Counted from the stretch's first letter, positions 42,834 through 52,753 are shown. The stretch: 64,000 bases of DNA from an uncultured delta proteobacterium (GCA_963775425.1 CAVZJB010000007.1:224001-288000), one strand, 5' to 3'. The notes: a model not told the origin generated them from the letters alone. Numbers and translations are program-made.

Positions 42834-43951
42834 AGCCGCCGCCGTCTTCTTCGCGAACGTGGTCGCCGCCGTCGTCGTCGCCGAAGAAGGCCTGGCAGCC
42901 GCCGGCGGCGTCCGGCGCCGGCGCGGCCGCCGACGCGTCCCCCGGCGGCGCCGCCGCCGGGACTTCGGTGGCCACGCTCCAGGTCGCCGTCCTCGGCGCC
43001 GGCAAGGTGGGCACCGCCGTCGCCACGCTGCTCGCGCAGGCGGGCCACGACGTCGCCATCTGGGCGCGGCGCCCGCCCGCGGCGCTGGGCATCGCGCAGA
43101 ACGCGGGGCGCGACGAGCGCATCCGCGCCGCGCCCAGCATCGAGGACGCGTGCCGCGGAGCGGCGTTGGTGGCGTTCGCGGTGCCGGCGCAGGCGCTGCG
43201 CGACGTCGCGCGCGTCGCCGGCGAGGTGGCCGACGGCGGCCAGATCGCCATCCACGCCTGCCGCGGCGTCGAGGCGGGCTTCACGTTGCCTCACCAGGTG
43301 ATCCGCCAGGAGTCGTGCCTGAAGAAGATCGGCGTGCTCGGCGGCCCGCTGTATCTCGACGACGCCGTGGTGGCCGGCGTGCGCGCGCGGCCGCTGGTGG
43401 CGGTGATCGCCTCGCGCTTCGACGAGGTGCAGCGCGCGCTCAAGAAGCTCGTGCAACACACCCGCGTGCGCTTGCACGCCTCCCGCGACGTCGTCGGCGT
43501 GGAGGTGTGCGGCGCCGTCTCCAACGTCGCCCAGCTCGCCGCCGGCATCGCCGACGGCCTCGGCCTCGGGGAGACCGACCAGGGGATCCTCCTCACCCGC
43601 GGCCTGCTCGAGGCCACGCGCATCGGCGTGGCCCTCGGCGCCGACCGCAGCACCTTCGCGGGGCTCGCCGGCGTCGGCGATCTCATCCCGCGCCCGGTGA
43701 CGTCGACGCGCATGCACCGCTCCATGGGCGAACAGATCGGCGGCGGCCGCGACGCCGCCCACGCCACCGGCGCGCAGCCGGACCTCGAGGGGCTGCGCAC
43801 CGTGCGCGAGGCGCGCGGGCTCGGCGAGCGCCTGGGGCTCTCGCTCCCGCTCATCGACGCCGTCGACGACATCCTGTTCCGCGGCGCGTTCCCCGGGGCC
43901 ACGCTCGAGCGGCTCTTGTCGCTCGACCTCGACCTCGACGTGGCCGGATGA
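42830..43951 (+). CDS. NAD(P)H-dependent glycerol-3-phosphate dehydrogenase-like protein (GpsA family, degenerate active site)
   Basis: VLGAGKVGTA Rossmann motif, FAVPAQ, DVVGVE, TRGLLE, FAGLAGVGDL, EG..T. The catalytic KN is replaced by SN. Confidence 0.8.
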   Translation: MKPPPSSSRTWSPPSSSPKKAWQPPAASGAGAAADASPGGAAAGTSVATLQVAVLGAGKVGTAVATLLAQAGHDVAIWARRPPAALGIAQNAGRDERIRAAPSIEDACRGAALVAFAVPAQALRDVARVAGEVADGGQIAIHACRGVEAGFTLPHQVIRQESCLKKIGVLGGPLYLDDAVVAGVRARPLVAVIASRFDEVQRALKKLVQHTRVRLHASRDVVGVEVCGAVSNVAQLAAGIADGLGLGETDQGILLTRGLLEATRIGVALGADRSTFAGLAGVGDLIPRPVTSTRMHRSMGEQIGGGRDAAHATGAQPDLEGLRTVREARGLGERLGLSLPLIDAVDDILFRGAFPGATLERLLSLDLDLDVAG

Positions 43952-44796
43952 ACGACACGGCCGCGCGGAACCTCCCCCGCGGCGCGGCGGGCGACGCCGC
44001 CACGCGCGGCGCGCGGTTCATCGACCGCAGCAACGACCGCGTCTTCCCCCCCGCCTACCAGGGCGACGTGTGCGTCTGGGACATCGACAAGACGTACCTC
44101 GACACGCGGTTCTCGTCGCTGCGCGGGCTGCTCGGCATCCCCTTCGAGCTCGCCGTCGACAAGCACGCGGTCCCGGGCGCCGTGCCGCTGCTGCGCGGGC
44201 TGCGCCACGGACCCGGCGACGACAGCGCGCTCGTGCCGCTGTACTTCATCTCGGGGAGCCCGCGGCAGATGCGGCGCGTGCTCGAGCGCAAGATGACCAT
44301 CGACGCGGTGCAGTTCGACGGCATCACGTTCAAGGATCAGCTCGGGCTTTTGAAGGCACGCCGGCCGCGGGGCATCGTCGAGCAGATCGGCTACAAGCTC
44401 GCCGCGCTCTTGCTGTACCGCAAGGAGCACCCGCCGGGCGTCCGTTACCTCCTGTTCGGTGACGACGTCGAGCGCGACGCCGAGGCCTTCTTGCTCTTCG
44501 GCGAGGTGTGCGCCGGGCTGCGCGGCCCGGCGTTGGAGACGCGGCTGCGCGCGCTCGGGGTCCACGATGAGGACGTCGATGAGTGCGTCTCGCTCGCCGA
44601 CGTCATCGCCGTCGAGAGAGACCCGGTGTCGCACGTCTTCATCCGGGAGGTGCGCGGGCACGCCGTCGGCGCCGCCGACACCCGCGTGCACCGCGCGCGC
44701 AGCTTCTTCGATCACGCGCGCACGCTCCGCGACCTCGGCAAGATCCGCGACGTCGACGTCGCCGCCGTGCGCGTCGAGGTCCTGGAGCGCCGATGA
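43948..44796 (+). CDS. HAD-superfamily phosphatase, App1/phosphatidate-phosphatase-like
   Basis: WDIDKT (DxDxT), YFISGSP, GYKL, LFGDDVERD; ATGA-coupled to the upstream gene. Confidence 0.7.
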   Translation: MNDTAARNLPRGAAGDAATRGARFIDRSNDRVFPPAYQGDVCVWDIDKTYLDTRFSSLRGLLGIPFELAVDKHAVPGAVPLLRGLRHGPGDDSALVPLYFISGSPRQMRRVLERKMTIDAVQFDGITFKDQLGLLKARRPRGIVEQIGYKLAALLLYRKEHPPGVRYLLFGDDVERDAEAFLLFGEVCAGLRGPALETRLRALGVHDEDVDECVSLADVIAVERDPVSHVFIREVRGHAVGAADTRVHRARSFFDHARTLRDLGKIRDVDVAAVRVEVLERR

Positions 44797-45236
44797 GGCT
44801 GCCGCGCACCACGTGGGTGCCCGGCGAGGGAGGGCGCCCCGACGACGAGTGGCTCAAGGAGGTCGACAAGGACCTCCTCGTCGACGTCGGCGCGCTGCTC
44901 TTCGAGCGTGGCCAGGGCTTCGAGGCGCATGAGGCGTGGGAGCTCGCGTGGCGCGAGGCCAAAGCCGCCGGACGTGCGGACGAGGAGCGCGTGCTGCGCG
45001 CCCTCATCAAGCTCGCGGCCGCGATGGTGAAGGTGCGCCAGCGCCTCGAGGTCGGCGTCCGCCAGCACGCCCACGGCGCCGGGGCGCTCCTCGACGAGAT
45101 CGACGCACCGGCCGTCCTCGGCTTCGACGTCGCCGCGCTGCGCGCGCTGGCCCGCCGCGTCGAGGCCGAACCGTTGCCGGCGTGCACGCCCGCCGGTGAG
45201 CCCATGTTCGGACGTCTCGCGCGCGACCGCCGTTGA
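44793..45236 (+). CDS. DUF309 domain protein
   Basis: LFERGQGFEAHEAWELAW...RALIKLAAA. Confidence 0.8.
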   Translation: MRLPRTTWVPGEGGRPDDEWLKEVDKDLLVDVGALLFERGQGFEAHEAWELAWREAKAAGRADEERVLRALIKLAAAMVKVRQRLEVGVRQHAHGAGALLDEIDAPAVLGFDVAALRALARRVEAEPLPACTPAGEPMFGRLARDRR

Positions 45237-45265
45237 CGCCGAGCCGCTGCGCTACTCTCCGTGTG

Positions 45266-46381
45266 GTGCCTGTCGACCTCACTCCGCTGACGAACCGCGT
45301 GCGGCGGCTCCTCGTGACGAGGCACCGGCACTTCCGCGAGCTCAGCGCGTCGAGCCGGCAGCTCTGCCCGGCGGAGACCGCCGTCGCCCCGGAGGCGGTG
45401 TTCCTGAAGAGCGACCTCGACCGCGTCACCGGCGTGCAGGCGGTGACCTCGCTCGAGCACGAGATGCACCGCATCGCAGGCGGCGCCACGGAGCACCAGG
45501 CCACCGTCGCCCATCGGCTCCGCGACGTCCGGCTGCTCGACGGGCACCTCTACCGCGGGGCGATGAAGCACCGGCTGAGCAGCGCCCGCGGTCGGCTGGC
45601 GGCGCTCGGCGGGCCCGACGTCGTCGGCGCCGGCGCGCTCGCGTGCTCGCTCTACGGCAACACGTACTTTGGCCACTTCATGCGCGACGACCTCACCATG
45701 CAGCTCGCGGCGACCGAGCTCGCGGCCCCGTTCACCAGCGCGCGCGAGTCGTACACGCACGAGCCGGGCTACCGCGCCCTGTTCGAGCTGCCGGCGCACC
45801 CGCTGACCCACGCGCACTTTCGCGAGCTCGTCATCCTCGAGGACAACGGACAAAATCGATACAAGCGGCAGCGCTACCGCACGCTGCGGGAGAGGCTCGC
45901 GCGCGCCGTGAAGCCGGCGGGGGCCGCCGGCGCGTACATCCGGCGGGGCTCCTCCGGCGCCCGGCGGTTGCTCACCAACGAGCAGGCGGTGGAGGCGTTC
46001 TTCGTCGACGCCGGCTTCACCGTGGTGGATCCCGCGACCATGACGGTCGACGACATGACGGCGCGGATGGCCGGCGTGCCCATCGTCGCCGGCGTCGAGG
46101 GCAGCCAGATCGCCCACGGCTACTTCGCGATGGCCGACGACGGAGCGGTGCTCGTCCTGCAGCCGCCGTATCGCTTCAACAACGTCATCAAGGACTTCAC
46201 GGACTGCGTGGGGCTCACGTACGCGTTCGTCGTCGGGCGGGAGGACGAGGGCGGGTTCGAGATCGAGCTCGACGGGCTCGCGCGCGTCATCGACCTCCTG
46301 ACGGCCCGCCGGGAGCGGCTCGCGGCGGCGCGCCGCGGCCCCGCGCCTGTGCCGGGGTGGTCGAAGGGGACGCCTTCGTAG
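45266..46381 (+). CDS. Glycosyltransferase family 61 (DUF563)-like protein
   Basis: YFGHFMRD, YIRRG...RRLLTNE, GFTVVDP.TMT, IVAGVEGSQIAH. TACTCT lies 7 nt before the GTG. Confidence 0.75.
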   Translation: MPVDLTPLTNRVRRLLVTRHRHFRELSASSRQLCPAETAVAPEAVFLKSDLDRVTGVQAVTSLEHEMHRIAGGATEHQATVAHRLRDVRLLDGHLYRGAMKHRLSSARGRLAALGGPDVVGAGALACSLYGNTYFGHFMRDDLTMQLAATELAAPFTSARESYTHEPGYRALFELPAHPLTHAHFRELVILEDNGQNRYKRQRYRTLRERLARAVKPAGAAGAYIRRGSSGARRLLTNEQAVEAFFVDAGFTVVDPATMTVDDMTARMAGVPIVAGVEGSQIAHGYFAMADDGAVLVLQPPYRFNNVIKDFTDCVGLTYAFVVGREDEGGFEIELDGLARVIDLLTARRERLAAARRGPAPVPGWSKGTPS

Positions 46382-46446
46382 GGGGATCGGCGCTAGATCG
46401 ATTGGGCCGCCGGCCCGTTTGCACCGGGACCCACCCTGGAGCCTCG

Positions 46447-48300
46447 ATGCGCAAGCTGTTCCCGCTCGTCCTCCTCGCGGCCGCCGTCACCGCCTGCGCC
46501 AGCGGCGCCCCGTCGGCTCCGCAGGCCGCGTCCTCGCCGCGCGCTGCACAGAGCGCGGCGACGAGCGATGCGTCCTCCGTCGCCGTCGCCGACCTTGCCA
46601 ACGGGGACATCGCCAAGCCGAACACCGCCAGGCCGGACACCGCCAGGCCGGACACCGGCAAGGCGGACACCGGCCGCGCCGTCGACCTCCTTGCCCCGCC
46701 GCCGCCGCCGACCTCCGTGCCGCGGTCGGTGCCGAGGCCCGAGGCCCAGCCGGGGCACGGCGGTGCCGCCGCCGGTCCGATGCCCATCCCGAGCGGCGCG
46801 CTCTCGCAGGAGCAGTCGAAGGCCGACCGATTGGCCTTCGATCCGGCCCCACGCGACAAGCGCCTCACCGCCACCTCGCCTGCGGACGGCTTCTTCGCCG
46901 GCCTCGAAGACGGTGACGGCGGCCACTTCGAGAGCGCCGGGGTGAACCCGCTCGTCGACGCGCGCGCGGACAACCTGTCCACCTTCGCCATCGACGTCGA
47001 CACCGGCAGCTTCACCCTGTCCCGCCGCATGCTCGAGAGCGGCGCGATGCCGAACGCCGCGGGCGTGCGGGTGGAGGAGTGGGTGAACGCGTTCCACTAC
47101 AGCTACGCCGGCCCGAGCGCCGCCGACGGCGCCACCCCCTTCGCCATCCACATCGAGGGCGCGCGGCTCGCCAAGCAGAGCAGCGTCTTGCGCATCGGCA
47201 TCCAGGGCAAGCGCATCGAGAAGGCCGACCGGGCCCCGACGCACCTCACGTTCCTCGTCGACGTCTCGGGCTCCATGCGCTCGCGCGATCGCCTCCCGCT
47301 CGCCAAGCGCGCGCTCGTGATGCTCGTGCAGCAGCTCAACGCCAAAGACAGCGTCTCGCTCGTCACCTACGCGGGCGCCACTCGCCTGGTGCTCCCGGCG
47401 ACGACGGTGGACGCGGTGAACCGTCCGCGCGTCCTTCGGGCCATCGAGGGCCTGAAAAACGGCGGCGGCACGAACATGGGCTCGGGCATGGAGCTCGCCT
47501 ACCGTGAGGCCAACAAGGCCCTGGCCGAGGACGGGATCTCGCGCGTGATCGTGCTGTCCGACGGCGACGCCAACATCGGCCACACCTCGCACGCGGAGAT
47601 CCTGCGCTCCATCAAGGGCTACGTGAGCGAAGGCGTCACGCTGTCCACCGTCGGCTTCGGCACGGGCAACTACCGCGACTCGGTGATGGAGCAGCTCGCC
47701 GACGCCGGAAACGGCAACTACAGCTACGTCGGCTCGCTCAAGGACGCCCGGAAGGTCTTCGTCGACGACCTCACCGGCACGCTCCAGGTCATCGCCAAGG
47801 ACGCCAAGATCCAGGTGGAGATGAACCCCGACGTCGTCGCCTCGTACCGCCTCATCGGGTACGAGAACCGCGACATCGCCGACCGCGACTTCAGAAACGA
47901 CAAGGTCGACGCGGGCGAGATCGGCGCCGGCCACACCGTCACGGCGCTGTACGAGGTCACCTTCCGCGCCGACGACGCCACCGGCAACATCGCGACGGTG
48001 CGCGTCCGCTACAAGCAGCCCAAGGGCGACAAGGCCTCCGAGGTGGCGGCGTCGTTCCCCGCGGAGAAGCTCGGGCACGAGGTCATGGACCTGAGCGCGG
48101 ACGGCCGCTTCGCCGTCGGCGTCGGCCTCGCCGCCGAGGTGTTCCGCCACAGCCCGCACATGGAGCGCCTGGGCATCGAGCTCGCCGACGCCGAGGCCCT
48201 CATGCGAACCGGCGCCACCGGCCCGTTCGCCTCCGAGCGCAAGGACTTCATCCGCCTCGTCGCCCCGCTCGCCGCCGGCGCCAACGTCGCCGCGCGCTGA
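46447..48300 (+). CDS. VWA-domain lipoprotein (YfbK-like)
   Basis: AVTAC lipobox; LSTFAIDVDTGS, VRVEEWVNAF, FLVDVSGSM, GGTN, LSDGDAN, GNGNY, YRLIGYENR, DAGEIGAGH. Confidence 0.93.
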   Translation: MRKLFPLVLLAAAVTACASGAPSAPQAASSPRAAQSAATSDASSVAVADLANGDIAKPNTARPDTARPDTGKADTGRAVDLLAPPPPPTSVPRSVPRPEAQPGHGGAAAGPMPIPSGALSQEQSKADRLAFDPAPRDKRLTATSPADGFFAGLEDGDGGHFESAGVNPLVDARADNLSTFAIDVDTGSFTLSRRMLESGAMPNAAGVRVEEWVNAFHYSYAGPSAADGATPFAIHIEGARLAKQSSVLRIGIQGKRIEKADRAPTHLTFLVDVSGSMRSRDRLPLAKRALVMLVQQLNAKDSVSLVTYAGATRLVLPATTVDAVNRPRVLRAIEGLKNGGGTNMGSGMELAYREANKALAEDGISRVIVLSDGDANIGHTSHAEILRSIKGYVSEGVTLSTVGFGTGNYRDSVMEQLADAGNGNYSYVGSLKDARKVFVDDLTGTLQVIAKDAKIQVEMNPDVVASYRLIGYENRDIADRDFRNDKVDAGEIGAGHTVTALYEVTFRADDATGNIATVRVRYKQPKGDKASEVAASFPAEKLGHEVMDLSADGRFAVGVGLAAEVFRHSPHMERLGIELADAEALMRTGATGPFASERKDFIRLVAPLAAGANVAAR

Positions 48301-48380
48301 GCGGGCACCCCGACGCGGGGAAGGCGCCGAAGGTGCGCGGCGCAGACGTTCGCGGCGGGGCACGTCGTAACGCGGCCCGG

Positions 48381-48839
48381 TCAATCGTCGACGCTGACCT
48401 TGTCCAGGCGCGCGTCGCAGGTCTGCGTGACCTCGCCGTCCTGGTTCTTGATCTCGAGCGCGCCGGCGAGCCCGTCGGCGTCCTTGTTCAGGGCGAGCGT
48501 GAAGTCGAAGTCGCTCAGGCCCTGCGAGTTGTCGAGGACGTCGAGGTGGCCGCTGAAGCTCCCGTCGTCCTGTTGCGCCGCGTCCTGGATGGCGGCGCGC
48601 CCGGTGAGCAGGATGGGGTTTCCGAGGACGACGACCTGGTAGTCGAGGAACATCTCGCCCGAGAGCGCGCCCTGGGCGTCCTCGTCGATGATGGCGCTGA
48701 GCTTCTTGCTGTCGGCGCCGCACTCGTAGGTGCCCTTCCAGCCCCCGTCGATGTTGGGGCCGGCGGCCGCGGGGTCGGCGCCGCAGCCGGCGGCGCAGGA
48801 GGACAGGACGAAGGCGGCGAGGAAGACGCGCATGTTCAT
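48381..48839 (-). CDS. Hypothetical lipoprotein
   Basis: MNMRVFLAAFVLSSCAAGC; GGWKGTYEC; ATGA-coupled to crcB. Confidence 0.75.
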   Translation of the reverse strand: MNMRVFLAAFVLSSCAAGCGADPAAAGPNIDGGWKGTYECGADSKKLSAIIDEDAQGALSGEMFLDYQVVVLGNPILLTGRAAIQDAAQQDDGSFSGHLDVLDNSQGLSDFDFTLALNKDADGLAGALEIKNQDGEVTQTCDARLDKVSVDD

Positions 48840-49225
48840 GCCGGCGACAGCGGGCTCAGGGCGCGGCCGACGAGGATGCCGGCGACGCCCGCGAGCCCGC
48901 ACAGGACGAGGGTGGCGACGAGGTAGATCGCGGAGCTGTACGTCGAGGTGGTGCGAAACAGCGACGTGGCGTCCCAGTTGAAGCTCGAGTACGTGGTGAG
49001 CCCGCCGCAGAAGCCGATGGTGACGGCCTCGCGGAGGTCCTCGTTCATGCGCACGCCCCGGTTGAACACCTCCATGACCATCGCGAGGAGGAAGCAGCCG
49101 AGGACGTTGACGACGAGGGTGCCGAGCGGCCACTCCTTGGTCAGGAAATTGCGGGTGAAGAGACCGACCCCGTAGCGACAACTGGTCCCGAGGGCGCCGC
49201 CGAGAGCGATGTAGAGCACCCGCAT
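48836..49225 (-). CDS. crcB: Fluoride efflux channel CrcB/Fluc
   Basis: GGALG..RY, PLGTLVVNVLGC, GFCGGLTTYSSF. TACAGT lies 6 nt before the ATG. Confidence 0.95.
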   Translation of the reverse strand: MRVLYIALGGALGTSCRYGVGLFTRNFLTKEWPLGTLVVNVLGCFLLAMVMEVFNRGVRMNEDLREAVTIGFCGGLTTYSSFNWDATSLFRTTSTYSSAIYLVATLVLCGLAGVAGILVGRALSPLSPA

Positions 49226-49289
49226 CGCCCCACTGTACCCAAAGGCCGCGGGGCGTTGCCAAACAGCGTCCAACGGGAAATCCGCGGGC

Positions 49290-50384
49290 GTGCACTCCGC
49301 TCACCGAGACCTCGCCGCCCGCTCCGTCCTCCGGGTCCCCCGGGTCGTCCCCGTCCTCCGCGTCCTCCGCGGGGCGGGGGCCTGCGCCGCCGCCCTGCTC
49401 TGCGCGCTTGCCGCGAGCGCCTGCCAGCCGGACGCCGCGCCGGCGCTCCCCTCCTTTCGCGCCGTCACGTTCAACACGGGCACCACGTCGTCGGTGACCC
49501 ACAACGCCGGGGAAAACGGCGGCTACGGCGACGACCAGGCCGGGTACTCCGACACGTACTACGGCAACGGCCTCGCCTGGGCCGCCGCCGTCGACGACGT
49601 CCACGCCTTCTTCGCCGACGCCGGCGCCGACGTCGTCGCGTTCCAGGAGATCTTCTCGAACCTCGACTGCGCCGACATCCCCGCCGAGGCGCGCGCGGGC
49701 TTCGTGTGCGAGAGCTGGCAGGAGGGCGATCCGTCCGTGGCGCAGCAGGTGCTCGGCCCCGACTACGCCGTCGCCTGCAACCTCGGAAAGCCCGACAAGT
49801 GCCTGGCGGTGAAGAAGAGCTTCGGCCACATCCGCGGCTGCGACGGCGACCTCTGCCTCGACGGCCTCGCCGGCGGCGTCGTCGACGGCTGCGGCGGCGG
49901 CTCACGCATCGGCCGCGGCGTCATCGACCTCGCCGACGGCGGCTCGCTCACCGTCGTCACCGTCCACGGCACCTCGGGCATGGCCGCCGGCGACATGGAC
50001 TGCCGCGTGAAGGAGTTCCGCCAGGTCTTCGTCGACCTCAAAGACGGCTCCGACAAGCCCGGCGCCGACGGCGCGCACAACCTCATCCTCGGCGACTTCA
50101 ACACCGACCCGGCGCGGCTCGCCGGAGCGGACCCGAGCGCCGACGAGATCGACGCGCGCGTCAACTTCGAGACGCCCTTCGACTTCATCTCGCCCATCGG
50201 CAAGGACGTCGCCCCCACGTACGCCGGCCTCGTCAACATCGACCACGTCATCAGCGACTCGCTGGTGGGCGCGTGCTTCTCGAGCGGCATCACCCCGGGG
50301 ACGCCGCCGCCGTCGGCCGTCAGCTACTTCGACCATCACCCCATGGTCTGCGACGTCGGCCCCGCCGGTGACGACGTGCCTTGA
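49290..50384 (+). CDS. Endonuclease/exonuclease/phosphatase (EEP) family lipoprotein, Cys-rich
   Basis: LAASAC lipobox; VTFN, DVVAFQE, ILGDFN, IDHV, DHHP. Confidence 0.82.
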   Translation: MHSAHRDLAARSVLRVPRVVPVLRVLRGAGACAAALLCALAASACQPDAAPALPSFRAVTFNTGTTSSVTHNAGENGGYGDDQAGYSDTYYGNGLAWAAAVDDVHAFFADAGADVVAFQEIFSNLDCADIPAEARAGFVCESWQEGDPSVAQQVLGPDYAVACNLGKPDKCLAVKKSFGHIRGCDGDLCLDGLAGGVVDGCGGGSRIGRGVIDLADGGSLTVVTVHGTSGMAAGDMDCRVKEFRQVFVDLKDGSDKPGADGAHNLILGDFNTDPARLAGADPSADEIDARVNFETPFDFISPIGKDVAPTYAGLVNIDHVISDSLVGACFSSGITPGTPPPSAVSYFDHHPMVCDVGPAGDDVP

Positions 50385-50393
50385 GCGCGGCGG

Positions 50394-51137
50394 TCACACA
50401 TCGTGCACCCAGTACGTCACGTGCACACCCTGCTCGCAGCGCGAAAACGCGAGCGCGCCGGGCGGTGACTCTCCCCGGGCGAGCTTGAGCACCACGCGCC
50501 GCCGCGCCACGCGCGCGGCCTCGGTGAGCAGCTCCTGCGAGGCGCTGCCGCCGACGGCGAAGGCGCGCAGCAGGGCGAAGGCGGGCGCGCTCTTTTGCGC
50601 CCGCTTCATCATCGGGTCGAGGAAGACGACGTCGACGGCGTCGCTGTCCTGCTCGCGCAGCACCTCGAGCGCCCCGCCTGCGCGCAGCTCGATGTGCGCG
50701 CCGTGATCGCGGGCGAAGCGGGCGACGCCGTCTTCGAGGAGCGCGTGCAGGACCGGGCTCCCCTCCACCCCGACAACGCGGCATCCGGTGAAGGACGCCG
50801 CGTGGAGCGCGTCGTTGGCGAGGCCGAGCGTGGCGTCGAGCATCGACGCGAGCGGCTCGCCCGCGCTGATGGCCCGGATGAAGGGGTGGCGCGCGCCCTC
50901 GCCGAGCTTGGTGGCGAGCAAGCCCTCCTGCACGAAGCAACTGCGGCCGGCGTCGTCGCGCACCTCTTCGCGACGACGTCCGACGACGTACACGTAGCCG
51001 CCGCAGCCGGCCGCGAACATCTCGGCGAGCCCGCGTCGGGGCAGGACGGGCGCCGCGAAGCGCTCCGCAAGCGACCGCGCCCGCGCGAGTTGCGCGGGCG
51101 CGGGCCTTCGGCACGTGGTGACCGCGAGCGAGCTCAG
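50394..51137 (-). CDS. Class I SAM-dependent methyltransferase (RsmJ-like)
   Basis: LDATLGLANDA, VEGSP, DVVFLDPM, ARRRVVLK. Start inferred at a CTG overlapping the upstream TGA; an ATG near 51020 is the alternative. Confidence 0.78.
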   Translation of the reverse strand: MSSLAVTTCRRPAPAQLARARSLAERFAAPVLPRRGLAEMFAAGCGGYVYVVGRRREEVRDDAGRSCFVQEGLLATKLGEGARHPFIRAISAGEPLASMLDATLGLANDALHAASFTGCRVVGVEGSPVLHALLEDGVARFARDHGAHIELRAGGALEVLREQDSDAVDVVFLDPMMKRAQKSAPAFALLRAFAVGGSASQELLTEAARVARRRVVLKLARGESPPGALAFSRCEQGVHVTYWVHDV

Positions 51138-52753
51138 AAGCAGGTGAAGTTCGTCTGCATCGTGTCGATCGGCGTGACGGTGGTGCCACCGTTGACGTCG
51201 ACGCGGGCGACGGTCCAGGCGTCGTCCGTGTTGTTGAAGTGGCCGGTCATCGCCTGCACGAGCGCCCCACCGACGAAGATCTTCACCTCGAGGTCGGTGG
51301 CGGTGAAGCTGCTGTAGTTGGGGTTGCCGCTGTAGGCGTGCACGAGGATCTCGTAGGAGCCGTTGGCGGGCTGATCGATGTTGATGTTCTCGGGGCCGAA
51401 GCCCTCGAGGTCGTCGATGTCGAGGCTCGGGTCGCCCGCGGTCTGTCCGGGCTGGCCGTCCCAGTCGAGCGACGAGTAGGTGCAGTCGCCGTAGTAGCAA
51501 TCGTCCTGCGAGCACCAGCCGGGGTTGTTGCCCCTGCCGAGGTGGAGGTCGATGTCGTCGACGGACGCCGACCACGTGAGCTGCACGTGCAGGCCCTCGG
51601 TGGGCACCGCGTTGAGCGTGATGGTGGCGTCGTTGGCGGACTGCGCGCCGTTGCTGTCGGTGACGACGAGGCTGATGCGGAAGGTGCCGGCGACGTCGAG
51701 GCCGCTGACCACGCCCGCGGCGCTGTCGAACTGGAAGCCGGTGTCCACGCCCGTGGGGTTCGACAGGCGCACGGTGGAGTCCGTCGGCTGCTCGACGATG
51801 TTCCACTGGTAGGAGACGATGGTGCCCGTCTGCGCCACGCTCTGGTCGCCGCTGAGGACGACGTCATCGAGGGGCTCCACCGGCGGCGTCTGCTGCGAGT
51901 TGGCCACGCCGTTGATGCTCTTGACCCGCGCCACCGCCGTCGGCGCGCTCGCGCCCTGCACGACGAGGGGCACGTTGACCGACGGGTTCTGGCAGTCGTT
52001 GCTGCCGATGATGAGGGTGCCGTTGAACTGCGTGACGCTCGACGGACGCGCGTAGAACGCGACGGTGGCCGCCGTGCCCGGCTGCACGAAGGTGGGCACG
52101 GGGAAGACGCTGGCGGCGCCGAAGACGTCGGCGGGCGTGTCGCTCGAGAAGCCGATGCTGTCGATCTCCAGCTCCTGGTTTCCGTCGTTTTGCAGCGAGA
52201 GCTGGCAGTTGCCCTCGGCGCCGACGCCGACCGAGCCGAAGTCGCACTGCGACGGGTTCACGGCGAGCACCGGGCAGCCGAGGTCCTTGCCGGTGGCCGT
52301 GAGCGCGATGACGACGTCTTCGCCCTGGGCGAGGTTCTCCGCGTCGCTCTTGATGATGACGTTGGCTGTCTCGTCCGTCTCCGTCTGCGGCGCGTACTTG
52401 ATGGTCACCATCTTGCCGATGGCGCCGGTGGCGCTCTCCACCACGTCGGGCACCGTGCCTTCGACGGTGAAGTTGGGCGAGCCGTCGATGGTGATGGACT
52501 GGATGTTCAGGTCCACCTGCGTCGGGTTCTTGATGACGAACGAGAACAGCTTGGGCCGGCCGATGCCGACCTGGCCGTAGTCGTAGGCGCAGTCCTTGAT
52601 GAAGTCCGTGGCGCAGACCGAGAAAGTCGCGTCGTACGGGTCACCAATTTCGATCTTTGGCGCCAGGACCTGCAGGGGCTCGCCACATCGGCAGGCGCCG
52701 AAAGCAGTGGCACCGAAGAGGAGGCTGATAATGGCGATCCGCGACGTCTGCAT
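51134..52753 (-). CDS. Lipoprotein with ASH/choice-of-anchor-D Ig domains, a PKD-like domain and a YfaP-like C-terminus
   Basis: AFGACRC lipobox; DFGSVGVG...LQNDGNQELEI; SYQW; LHVQLTW...DIDLH...LDIDD..GFGPENI. Confidence 0.85.
   Translation of the reverse strand: MQTSRIAIISLLFGATAFGACRCGEPLQVLAPKIEIGDPYDATFSVCATDFIKDCAYDYGQVGIGRPKLFSFVIKNPTQVDLNIQSITIDGSPNFTVEGTVPDVVESATGAIGKMVTIKYAPQTETDETANVIIKSDAENLAQGEDVVIALTATGKDLGCPVLAVNPSQCDFGSVGVGAEGNCQLSLQNDGNQELEIDSIGFSSDTPADVFGAASVFPVPTFVQPGTAATVAFYARPSSVTQFNGTLIIGSNDCQNPSVNVPLVVQGASAPTAVARVKSINGVANSQQTPPVEPLDDVVLSGDQSVAQTGTIVSYQWNIVEQPTDSTVRLSNPTGVDTGFQFDSAAGVVSGLDVAGTFRISLVVTDSNGAQSANDATITLNAVPTEGLHVQLTWSASVDDIDLHLGRGNNPGWCSQDDCYYGDCTYSSLDWDGQPGQTAGDPSLDIDDLEGFGPENINIDQPANGSYEILVHAYSGNPNYSSFTATDLEVKIFVGGALVQAMTGHFNNTDDAWTVARVDVNGGTTVTPIDTMQTNFTCF

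Noticed and set aside
49226-49320. Fluoride riboswitch upstream of crcB
   Set aside because: The GGCGATG seen is simply the start codon context. The rest of the motif is absent, and a -10 box 6 nt upstream suggests a leaderless mRNA.
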